Shown here: positions 1 to 11,044 of the stretch, piece after piece | Layout: the number at the start of each line of letters is the position of its first letter | How positions within the stretch are numbered: the stretch's first letter is position 1 | NCBI GenBank assembly: GCA_001949185.1 | Contig: BDGG01000020.1 | Coordinates: 62,001 to 126,000 of the forward strand | DNA from: Ramazzottius varieornatus | Taxonomy: Eukaryota; Animalia; Tardigrada | DNA: 64,000 bases | Direction: 5' to 3' | The notes under the pieces: generated by a model | The model's database searches: none | The model's input: the letters and a program-made list of their open reading frames with translations, nothing else | What the model was told of the DNA's origin: nothing | Translations under genes and position numbers: made by a program

Positions 1-1029
1 GAGTCACCGATCCTCAGGAAAAGAACCTGGGAGTACATGACTTTGACGTGCTTGGGAGTATCACCCATTTCGGCTTGAAGAATTTTCAAAAAATACGCAT
101 GAGTCTTCCCAACCTGAAGACAAAAATCATCCATTAGAAGGGTTCAGGACAGCAAACCGAAGCACAAGAAACTCACCAAAACACAGACACCAGTTCCGAA
201 CAGATGCAGCATATGCTTGGTGTACTTAGCCACCTTGGGTTTCTCTTGCATGTACCAAAGCGGTAAGTCGCCGTTGACTTTTACCCTGATTTCAGTGTCC
301 GTCAATCTGCCCGGTACAACACCGTCGGGTCCGATGGAAGTCGCACGCAAGTCTCTCTGAGACTCCATGGCTGTGTAGGCGGTGTTATCGGACATCCCTG
401 ACGGTTCGAACATGCTGTTATTATACATGTTTGATGGTGGTCGGTTGCTGATACTGTTGTACATGTTCGACAGAGGTGCTTGGCTTTGTGACGCGGCTGT
501 AGGGGGAGGAGGGCCGACAAGTTTGGGGTCTATTGTCACGTTGGCGGGACTGGGTATAAATATGGACGCACTAGTTAGAGGCTGAGGTGCGTAATAATGC
601 TGTTGCGTACTAGGGAAACCGGGAGGATGGGCGTTGGGTGGAGGAAGGCCGGGTTGTGGAGTAGGGATAGCGTGAGGACCTGGAGCTACGAAGAAATTCA
701 GATACTGTAGTTTCACCGATTGTAACCTTGACGTCACTGCAGAGGCAAACTTTAAAAGATAGTAATTCTCGAGTTTCAACTGAACGTGTATGCTGAGTGT
801 TTCAGGAAAGTTCAGGCATATCAGAGAGCTAGGGCAACAATTCTGCAAAAGTCGTCGATAGGAGGTCAAAGAAAGCATCTGGTGAGTTTTTTTCAAGTGT
901 CACGGGAGTAGTGGGCGACGTCACTGCGGGCAGTAACGTCGAGATTAACTCTTGTTACTCCTTACCTTGTTGCTGCTGCACCTGTTGGCTAGGGCGCTGC
1001 CCATTTGATCGTCGTTGTGACTGACTCAT
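1..1029 (-). CDS. Unknown spliced gene, Pro/Gln/Ser-rich N-terminus, runs off the left edge
   Basis: ATG at 1029. Exon 966-1029 (MSQSQRRSNGQRPSQQVQQQQ, GTAAG donor) splices in phase to exon 177-685 (APGPHAIPTPQPG...) and exon 1-113 (VGKTHAYFLKILQAEMG...). No domain recognised. Confidence 0.6.
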
Positions 1030-1537
1030 TGTAGCGAAATGATGCCGAACAGCGGGCGAATTACAGTTGCAAGACGGTCTCGAATCTCCTGATGTTGACG
1101 AGATCTGCCGAATTATTCCGGAACGAGCCGGTATGTTGATAATCTTTGTTCAAGATAATTTCATCCAAATGACCATGTTCAACATGGAGTCGTTTACGAA
1201 AAATTCAGGAGCGTGTAAAACAACGGGCTTGATTTGTGGCTGTAATGCCGGCAGGCTCTGCAGCAAGGAAGCAAATGTTGCTTGGTGATGCTTGCGTCAA
1301 TCAAACAGTTTCTCAATTTATCGTTCACCCGATGATCCTGATCCAGATACTTTCCAGAAAATGGTTTTACATTTTTGCAGAATTTTATCTTGTTGAAATT
1401 TCGACGGCACCAGACTTGTGATTCTCGGCTTCCGCCACATGACCGAAGAAATGAGGGAATCAAAGGGAGAGGGTAACTTCAAGCTGAAAACAAGACAGAG
1501 TAAAAACAGTAAACATATCTGTGCACAAACTCAAAAT

Positions 1538-3124
1538 CTACTTCTTGTCCTTTGTCTCATGGGGTTGCGGGTCGTTTATCTTTTTGACCGACGGTGGTGG
1601 TTTCGCCTTGTCACCACCTTGTGCGCCGGCAGCAGGAGCAGACGCAGCAGAAGCCCCAGCTCCTCCGGTAGAAGGTGTCGCACCGCCTTGCGCAGCAATT
1701 TGTGCCGTGTCTTTCGGCTTGCCAGATTCCAGCGGAATCTCCAGCGATTCCCGGAAGTTTGGGAAAACCTCCCAGGGACTGGAAGTATCGAACTTTCTAT
1801 ACTCCTGCGACATTTCCAGTGGCTCCACCACGACGCGTTTCACTTCGTCGTCGTACCGAACCTATCGGAAAAACATTCATTCGGGAGCTCAGCAAACAAA
1901 CTTTTCAAAGATCCTGTCAAGCGGCGCACACTTTCATTCACTAGAACTGAAAACATGCGCGACTTGGGAGAGCAATCTCGCTGAATTTTCGAAGTGGCGC
2001 ACGCTTCCAGTAATAACACTGAGAACGTGCGCCAGTTGGGGAAACCCAAATATCCCTCCCTTTCTCTTGTGTAATTTATCTCAGTAAAAGTGAACTGTAC
2101 CTCAACGTATCCCGTAAGAGGGAAATCTTTCCTGAAAGGATGTCCTTCGAAACCGTAGTCCGTCAGGATACGACGTAGATCAGGATGGCCTTTGAAGTAC
2201 ACTCCGTACAAGTCCCAGGCTTCCCGTTCGTACCAGTTAGCAGCAGGGAACACCGGGACAACGGAGTCGAGTGGTGTGAGTTCGTCTGTGTAGGTCTTCA
2301 CTCGGATGCGGGAGTTGTATTGTAAGGACAGCAAATTGTAAATAAGCTACAAAAAAAAGTCAATTCCAAAATTAAACTGCCCCAGATGCAATAATTCGGG
2401 TATCTTTCCACGAACCTCGAAACGGTATTCTCTGGTGGGCACATCCATGGCAGCCAGGTCGATAAAGCTCCAGAACATGCAATTGTGATGACACTTTAGA
2501 AATTGGATCACAGGGACGATGCCTTCGGGAGCTATCAGAATCTGCGAAGGAAATCAACAAATTTCCGCCAACTAAATCATTATTTCCTTCGTAAATCCTT
2601 CACGCGGTCCTAACCTCCAGTTCATCCGTGCCGGTCACCAAAACCTTCTGGACGAATCTGGGCATGCACGAAGCCACAAATTGTCCGAAGTTGGCCAGGT
2701 TTTCCCGAAGCTTTCCATCGTGTCTCCTCACAGTGGCTGAAAGGAGGTACTCAGTACATCCAATCAAGGATCAAACTGCAGCACCGTAGTTGTTTGATTA
2801 ACAAGGTGTCTTGACTTACGTGCTTGTTGAGTCTGAATCCCCTGGGAGGCATTCGTCGATGCAGCAGCTGGCGGCGCTTGCCACCTGCTTCCCGTCGAGC
2901 TGAGGGTTCGGGCTGCATTCAGTTTCCATGTACACACATCTGGAGTGAAAAGGGTTCAAATAGAGGATGCGAAGTACGAAGTTAGCAAACGGATGGGAAA
3001 ATCCTACTCGTCCGAATACCCCGGACCGATTCAAAGCCAACCCACTTGACGGTTTGCGTAACGCCGATCCTGACGTCCGTCGCAGTATTGGTATAACCAG
3101 TGACCAGAGAGACTTCCCAGCCAT
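1538..3124 (-). CDS. NDUFS3: NADH:ubiquinone oxidoreductase 30 kDa subunit (complex I), about 6 exons
   Basis: Motifs [63 protein letters not shown] and [27 protein letters not shown]. Arg/Ser-rich presequence-like N-terminus. Confidence 0.97.
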
Positions 3125-3299
3125 ACTCCGCTCTAGATCATGTTCTCATGGGAGACAAGCTCTGGAAGAAAATCTGGGGAATCGTCTTCAGAAATTCCGA
3201 GTCAGCTTGTGGCGAATTGTGCGTTCGATCAACAGTCAATCAACAATCAATGGTTACCGCCACGTTTTGACTAACGGGTGGTACCAGTGTTCTTCCGAT

Positions 3300-3444
3300 T
3301 ACTGTAAATATTCGCTTCATCCGCGCAGTACGTACACGTACGTGACAATGCACCCCTGTAAGGGGTGGCGCACTGCGTGAAACCGGACCGGGGCTGTACT
3401 TCTACGTTGACGTACTGACGCAGATGCAGCGAATATTTACAGTA
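3300..3444. mobile_element. Short MITE-like palindromic element (related copy 26908-27057)
   Basis: TIR tactgtaaatattcgc...gcgaatatttacagta; internal similarity to 26908-27057. Confidence 0.7.
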
Positions 3445-3664
3445 TTGTAATTCGTAATTAGAAATGGCCAAAGTTGACGGTTTTGGAATTCCGATACAAC
3501 AATTCAAATCACAGATTCTGGGTTGGCCATTCCGATACCAATCGGAATTGAATCGAAATCAAATCCCAGGAACGCGAAGATGTTTTAATGCACAATTGAA
3601 ATCTAAGATGTTGGTATGTGGAATGACAACCGTCAGCGAGAAGCACGCGAAATGCACGTGCGTT

Positions 3665-3829
3665 TAGTGTACGACAAGATAAACCGTTAGAAATGGGTGT
3701 TGGATGGAGCCAGATGGATAAAGCCAATGAAATTTGTGCATGCGGCAAAATATAATCTCAGTGGCTGAGTTGTAAAGCTCTAGCCGGAGTGTTACGCCCA
3801 TTTTTAACGGTTAATTTTGTCGTACACTA
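3665..3829. mobile_element. MITE family with (C/T)AGTGTACGA TIR (copies 9775-9943 reversed, 40610-40754)
   Basis: TIR agtgtacgacaa...ttgtcgtacact; shared core aaatgggtgttggatggagccagat..ataaagccaatgaaattt. Confidence 0.8.
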
Positions 3830-4005
3830 CCATTTTCTCGCCTTATGAAGCACCGCCAGTGCTTGATCGAGTGACTAGCGGTACGCTGGTACATGCTACA
3901 CAGCCGTGCAAGATTACAATGCGTACGTAGCATACGTACTGCTTTGCCCAGTTCGTCTTCGTACGCGCAAGCAGCACCCGGTGGGCCTCTCTAGGGTTCT
4001 GTTTC

Positions 4006-4592
4006 TAAGCTTGTAAATTCCAGGCCGAATACCCTTGGAATGGAAAATAGGAAAGGAATTCCTAATATTCCTATATTCCTATTTCCTTCTCGAGAAGGTC
4101 CTCGCAAAAATCTGGATCTACAAAGTCCCATTTCCCAGCTTAGTTCTTTTTACATACCAATCTAAAACAGTAAACATGATCTGAAGTCATCAACAAATAT
4201 TGGTTTTGAGACTGAAAGCCAGCTGGAAATTGGCCGATCCGAACTTTCGGTCTTGTCGGACCTGAAATTCCAAGGGAAAATCAAGGACTTACGCACAGTT
4301 GAATGCGCCGCATACTTTAGTGCGACGGATCGAAAATGCTATTGATCGTTCAACTGAACGACCAACTAGCCTCAGTGGTACGCATGTGTGAGCCAGCATC
4401 GGGTTCAGTTTTCTGACAGGATCTGCTGGATCTTCGACTGTTTACCTCGTGGAATTCCTAAATTTTCTTCGATTTTTGTTATTTTCCAAATAGAAATTCC
4501 ACCATTCCAAACGGCTACCCCTTGGAACGGAACAGAATTCCAGGAATGGAACGGAATTGGGAAAGGAATGGAATTAGGAATTTACAACCTTA
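4006..4592. mobile_element. hAT-type MITE, family A copy 1
   Basis: TIR taag(c/g)ttgtaaattcc...ggaatttacaacctta; perfect 8-bp TSD TCTGTTTC (3998-4005, 4593-4600); homologous to 60693-61272. Confidence 0.92.
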
Positions 4593-4732
4593 TCTGTTTC
4601 TGATCTGGGGTTCAAGTTCACGCCTATGGGACGTACCGCGGCGCCTTGTAAAGTATAACAGTCCGTACTGACGGCAACCATCCGTACTGGATACCTCGGA
4701 AACGACCTACTCTACGCGAAATATGAGAGGGT

Positions 4733-5460
4733 CATTCTAAGCTCTGTTTCATTTACCGATGGGTGGTACTTTTAGCCTCCTGGCCAACCCTTCCAACATT
4801 TTTTATGGATTCTTTTGCGGCCATAGTTCTTAGTTCGCGAGGCGGGTCAACTTGGCCGTTCTAGAAAGTTAAGATCAGCGCTTGATCATCCCGCTACGGG
4901 GGAAGATCAACTGATAGGATCTCTGATCTTCAGTATGTACGATCCTCCACACAGACGTACGCGTAAATCCGTTTCGGGTAGTGCGCACACGGCAGACCGG
5001 CCAATCAACAGTCAGCTGTCAATCAGTCAAACAGATTTGCGCCATGAGTACATAATCAGGTAATGAATGACACGCTGGGCTAACCGTGTGATACTGCACA
5101 TTCATGCTCGACTGATTGACAGCTGACCGTCGATTGGNNNNNNNNNNNNNNNNNNNNNNNNNNNNNNNNNNNNNNNNNNNNNNNNNNGATTGGCCGTTCT
5201 GCCGCGTGCTCCTACCCGGGACGGATTCACGCGTACGACTGTGTGGAGGAGCGTACATACTGAAGATCAGAGATCCTATCAGTTGATCTTCCCCCGTCGC
5301 GGGATGTTCAAGAGCTGATCTTAACTTTCTGAAACGGCCAAGTTGACCCGCCTCGCGAACTAAGAACTATGGCCGTAAAAGAATCCATAAAGAATGTTGG
5401 ATGGGTTGGCCAGGAGGCTAAAAGTCCAACCCATCGGTAGATGAAACGTAGCTTAGCATA
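4733..5460. repeat. Long fold-back (palindromic) element containing a 50-N assembly gap
   Basis: Arm 4733-5035 is the near reverse complement of 5100-5460; Ns at 5138-5187. Confidence 0.85.
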
Positions 5461-5761
5461 GAGAGAGACAAGTCTCTTTGCGGGTGGTGCCGAACAGAAA
5501 TGGTAGTTTTATCAGAGTCATCTGAGTACTCAAATGACTCCGGTTTTATGGAAACTGAAATCCCATAATATTATCGCAATAATTCAAATAATTTCAGTTG
5601 CTATCGAAAGTCGTTTCTGCATTAATCGTAATTGATAATCCAGCCAGGACGACCTATCTGCAGTTTAAATTGCTGCTGCGCGAAGAATTTCGATAAATCG
5701 TAATTTCAATTGGGACTGAAAAGTCATATCGGAACAACACTGGGTGGAACAGACTCCGAAC

Positions 5762-8700
5762 TAAGGATGAGCATTACACGCAGATGGTCCATGTAATATA
5801 AAATGTCATGTAAAATGGTGTAATTAAAAATATGTAATTGCATTGTACTCCAATTACAGTTTCCAACTGATAGTGCGGGTTCGGTGTAAAAAACTGGAGC
5901 AACGGTGCGAAACAAAGCAGAGCAATAACGGAACAATATCTTACTCTGAAATACTCGACCGCGATCAGTCTAATCTTACCGTCGAAGCTCACAGATAACC
6001 TCAAACACCAGAAGTATCAAACAACTCTGCGGATGTGAAAAACTTCTCGCCGGAAAGCGCAGGTTGGTCGTCATCACCGTCTTCCTCTGCCGCGTCCTCG
6101 TGTTGCGCGAATAGCTCATCCAGCTCCGATGTTTGACTGTCCAGCTCTAACAGATCACCCGAGTGCTCCCCTGTAAAACCCATGCATTGATAAGTTGCTG
6201 TATCTGGGCATTTGAATCCGTTTCTAGAACGCCTTCAAATCAATGCTGGTACAACCGTTCGAATTATGATCAGAAGGATATTTAAATATTACGAATAATT
6301 AGAAGGCCGTTCTTCACCTTGGTCGGCGACTGCTCCACCTTCTGTTCCGACTGTTGGCACTCCGCTCCGTGACGTGGTTTCACCTTTTTTTCCGTTTCCT
6401 TCTGCTTTTCCGCTTCTCGCACGTTATCTTCCCGACACAATTTCATGTTCAGTGTGCACATCTCACTCACCAAGCTTAGCGGCAGTCGGTTCCTGTTGGC
6501 AGTGTGGACTTCCTTCATCTTCTTCCAGAATCGTTTCACGCCTGCGGCGTGAGGACATGCGGGCAGGAGAAACTTCGCTAACTGAGCCAGCTCGTGGTGT
6601 TCAGTTTCGGCGTACGACCAGTAGTCGAACGGGTTGCTAATTTGTCTGGTGTATTTCGCTACAAAAATATGTTTATTTCCACTGTAATGAACGGCACAGG
6701 TTAACAGTTTCGTGGGATGTTTTCGGAAGGACTGTCGATATAGGTCGCTAGCCCACTCATAGATGAAACCACCGTGAATTATTGCTGGGACGCTGCGGAA
6801 CAAGTTGAGTTTGTACTTCGGGTGGAGAAACATGGCTACAGCAGCAATGGAAGCTCTTCCATTGCTTTTCCGACTGAGACATCAGCGTCTACGAAATGTT
6901 CCGGTCTCTCAGGTGCGAGAAACTTAGGCAGATATTTCGAATAGCCGCCGCCATATCAGCAATCGTGCAGTTATTGGACTCTGTTTCTTCCTGTGCTTCT
7001 ACCAGAGGCTTCAGCACGGCAGAAATTTCTTTCACGCCAGCCCAGAAATCGTCGTCGTCCAGAACCACTTTCAGCTCGGACGGAACGAGGGCCAAATTCG
7101 TACCATACCTGACACCATACATCTACAAAAACAACGGTGACCGGGTGTTACTGTACAGAATTTTTGTTGTTGAAAAACGTACAATTATTACGGACTAAAC
7201 TACAATAACCACATACAATAATTACCTGTAGTGCGCTCTTGGAATCCAATGCTCGCTGCACGCTCACATAAATGGAGTACCAACGCGTTTGTGTCCATCC
7301 GGGCATGGAAATTCCTTTGGAGTAAAAATCGAACTAGAGATCACGTAACTTTCCCTCCGACAAGCTGCTTCAGTTGAACCAGTCGGATACCACATCACTC
7401 TGAAGAAGGGATTCTTTAAATTGAGGAACGAACTTGATTTCATCTTGTATAATCAAGTTGATCAGATGAGCGTTACACGGAGAAAAAAGGATGTGTAGGT
7501 ACTGTGGGAGCTTCTCCGAAAGAAAACGCCCGCCTTTACGATGGGCACCGTCGGAGTCGCATTCCACATATCTGACGTCAGCCTTGTACTCTTTCTTCAC
7601 CTGAGTCATCTGTTTGAAGGGTTTCTTTCATCACGTACTCACCGTCGTAGTTGACGCCCGTAATATCGATAGCCGATCCCAGGGTGAAGCTTTCGGTTCC
7701 GCTCTCATCTCGCACTGTCAAAAGGAAACCTACAAAAAAACCTGATTTACTATTGTATAATGAGCTATAAGAAAAGTTGTCAAAATCTCATTGTTTCCCA
7801 GTATTTTATCGTGGTTTACGTTTACGTTCTTATATCCGTCGAAGGTTAAGGTGAGGAACTTCTGATCCGTCAGCTTGCTCGTTACTTCGGACGTAGCTTC
7901 TGCTATACGTGCTGGTACAATACGGCGAGATACCGTGAATCGGCTTGGATGACCACACTAGGACGGGGGAACTTGAGTAGACGTTTCATTCTGACATCGT
8001 CGGCCGCGCTGAAGGCAATGTTACAGCTGACACAGGCGTCCCCGTACAATTCGTCCAACTGCTTCTGCTCATCCTTGGTTAGAGGACGATCTATAAAACC
8101 CAGTAGACTGCTCTGACTTTTCACACGTTTAGTGGCAAGTTCTGTGGAAGTCTCAGTTGCCGATGCTCGCTTGACAGTCACCGGAAAGTGCTTCTCTCGG
8201 ACGATTGGAGGAACGTGGACACACGTCTTCAGACGCTGCTCCATCCGTGGCTTCTTGACTCCAGCTTCCACAGTGCTTGCAGGTGGCTTGGCGTAGTTTA
8301 GAGTTGAGCCAGTACTCCGAACTTGTTTCAAATTCCGCCCATATATCGAGTCGACCGGGCGCTGGTACGATATTAATACACATGGAGTTGGTTCGCAAAC
8401 AACAATTACCTGTCTTATCTCTCTCCCTGTCGCCACCGCCGTCGTTTTCTTCGTTGTCAGACGTGGCAGTAACACTTTCAATCGTGCAAACAGATGAAAC
8501 GGTCAGAATTAAGGACCTCGATAACGTACGTTCAAGGATCAAAGTGAAATATGCCAATTCAAACACGTAAACCACGAGACACGCGTTAGCACCTGTGACT
8601 CAGACACGTGTGCGCTTGATCAAGAAATCAACCCAAATTTGACGTGCACATTCAGTCAAACTGTGCCACAATCACTTGACCTTCCTGCGAGTTTTTCCCG

Positions 8701-8842
8701 CTGCGACGCCATGTATTCACGGTTGTAATTACACTTTTACATCTTTATTTTACATTACAGGTTCCTAGCGGTTGTAATGTCGTGTAAAAGTGTAATTGTG
8801 ATGTAAAATGTAGTGTCATGTAAGATGTAATGCTCATCGTTA
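5762..8842 (-). mobile_element. Full-length hAT DNA transposon with a pseudogenised, spliced transposase
   Basis: TIR taaggatgagcattac/gtaatgctcatcgtta; 8-bp TSD CTCCGAAC (5754-5761, 8843-8850). Fragments: BED-finger-like W..F..ATCKHC, LTFDGYKN, CDSDG, CNAHLINL, TRW, FLHPKY, dimerisation DYW..HELAQLAKFLL..AAGVKRFW. Several frameshifts; catalytic Glu reads Lys. Confidence 0.92.
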
Positions 8843-9344
8843 CTCCGAACAGCACTGATGAGCTGCTGTACCTCGCCTTGCCGGAGAGTGGTAGGCACAG
8901 CATGTGAGCCTACACGGTGGATTGGTTGCGTTCAACAAATATTGATGCGGAGCGAATATTCGTGACGTCATCGACCATACAATCAAATGAATAAATAGAC
9001 AAAATCAATTGAACAAAACCTTTCCGTGGACTCTCAGGAGCAAGCCGTTACACCAGGCAGCATTTTCGATTTTTTTTCTGGCTCTGAGATCTGAGAATAA
9101 TGTCTTCCACGATGCGGATCAGAGCATTTCTCCAGTTCAGGATTTGTAAAAAGTCAGCCCAGGACTTGTTTCGCCGACCTTCGACGAAACGGGTGAGGGG
9201 CTGTTCTTCGCGTATTTACGGCGGGTGCTGAGCGAACCCGCGTTTTGGCACGCCGCTATCTCCAAAGGGCGAGGTACTGCCGCTCCACAGTTATTGCGTT
9301 CTTACCAGTCACTGATGTGCTGTTGAACATCGTGTTGCTACCAG

Positions 9345-9769
9345 TATAGCACTGGGCCGCAGGTTCAAAATTACGCAGCAACTGTGCTGCGCACGCTACC
9401 AGGTCGCTGTACGCTGCGCTGTGCTGCACAACTTTCATGCGCAGTGGCTAGGCAGCTGCGCTGCAGATACACATGGACCTATTGCAACTGCGCTGCACGC
9501 TGATGTACTGACTTTTGTTATAGTATTGTCGGCAAAATGGGTAGTCCACCGGGAAAATGGCCATACGGTACGGCAAAACTCAGATGCCTGAAACTCGAAT
9601 ACCCAAAAGTACCAATTTATTGTTAAGTGTTGGTCCGTGGATCTGCGCGGCAGTCTTCGGCTTCCTGCTGCATGCTGTGCTGTGCTGCACAAATTTCGTC
9701 GATTTAATGTGCTGCAGCACAGTACAGTTGCAGTGCAGTGCAGCGCATGCGGCCAGATTCCGTGCTCTA
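9345..9769. mobile_element. hAT-type MITE, family B copy 1
   Basis: TIR tatagcac/gtgctcta; 8-bp TSD GCTACCAG; near-identical to 45947-46360. Confidence 0.92.
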
Positions 9770-9774
9770 GCTAC

Positions 9775-9943
9775 CAGTGTACCAGAAAATTAACCGTTGA
9801 TAGTGGGCGTGACAATTAAACGGGAGCTTACTTATTCTGTGACCAATAACGGTTTTGATTCGCCGCATGCGCAAATTCCATTGGCCTTTTCCATCTGGCT
9901 CCTTCTAACACCCTTTTTCGACGGTTAATTTTTTGGTACACTG
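9775..9943. mobile_element. CAGTGTAC-TIR MITE (reverse orientation relative to 3665-3829)
   Basis: cagtgtaccagaaaattaaccgt...acggttaattttttggtacactg. Confidence 0.75.
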
Positions 9944-9974
9944 TGGACCAAAAACGTATGATTAAGTTCTTGGT

Positions 9975-10571
9975 TAATGCTGGCAAAAATACGATAAAAT
10001 TTGATACGATATTTCTCGATACGATATCGACGGTTATTTTATTGCGGTCTTCGATATTCATTCGATATCGATATTTCGATACGGTATTTTTCCAATACCG
10101 TATTTTCGATATATCGTATCATATCGCAGCAATATATCGATATTTCTAGAATTTTAGTTTCTCGAAATTCTACTGGTTCAAGCCCAAAAACTCAAGAAGC
10201 CGATTTCCACATAAAGTATTAGTAAGATTGAAAGCGTCGGATGCAGCAAAGACATGACTATACCAAGACTTTGAACACATGGAAACCTGGACAGAATTAG
10301 TACCAGAACCGAATGGGCGGAAATCAAGTCTTTGAAACCAACCATGGTGTTCCGTAAACGATATATCGCTGGCGAGTTTGCTATTCAGCAAAATACCGAT
10401 ACATCGATAATATATCGATATGGCGCGATACGATATCGGCGAATATTTTATTGCGTTATTCGATATGAGCTTCATATCGATAGTTTCGATACGATATCTG
10501 CCGCATATTTTAGCGCAAAGATTCGATATATCTCGATACGATATCAGTATACCGTATCGTTGCCAGCACTA
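9975..10571. mobile_element. hAT-type MITE, family C, with CGATA/ATCGAT subterminal repeats
   Basis: TIR taatgctggcaa/ttgccagcacta; degenerate 8-bp TSD ttcttggt/ctctcggt; many cgata motifs; related to 45336-45683. Confidence 0.8.
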
Positions 10572-11044
10572 CTCTCGGTTGACATGGTCTCCAGCAAAAG
10601 TGGGAAGGGCTATCCGTCCGATGACGATTTACAGGTCTGTAAAAAAAAAAGTCCCATGTGCCCTTCCATGCTGCAACCCATAGTTTATTCATTCTTCGTA
10701 TTAATTTAAGCAAATTTCTCATAACTTGAACGAAATTTAGGCTCACGTTGTGGGACTGCAGAGTAATCAATCTGCCGATCTGCAATGTGCAGGAAGACAA
10801 AAATTGACCGCATAGATAATCGAGCCCAAGCTCTCTGTACCCATGTCAACGCCTTTCCAACCGGGACAGCTATTATCATGATCAAGCGAATTTCATGGCA
10901 AGCCGGTCACAGCTGGACACGATGTTTAGCAGCTTCCCACTGCTTATCAGCTGTTATCGTCCATTTGCCAGTTCGAAACTCTAGTCGCGCATCTCCTATT
11001 CTTCTTTTGTTGACAGGTTGGGTACAAAGGAAACATTCCTCACC

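Noticed and set aside
1418-2087. Two 188-aa plus-strand ORFs
   Set aside because: Antisense shadows of the GC-rich last exon of NDUFS3.
4388-4603. 71-aa ORF with a homolog at 61074-61307
   Set aside because: Both lie inside MITE family A; the similarity reflects the repeat.
9256-9819. Cys/Ala-rich ORFs recurring at 39211 and 45862-46434
   Set aside because: Chance translations of MITE family B, not a gene family.
9943-10800. Overlapping Ile/Arg/Tyr/Asp-rich ORFs and a CRISPR-like look of the CGATA repeats
   Set aside because: They are subterminal repeats of a TIR-bounded MITE; there is no constant repeat-spacer periodicity and no cas genes.
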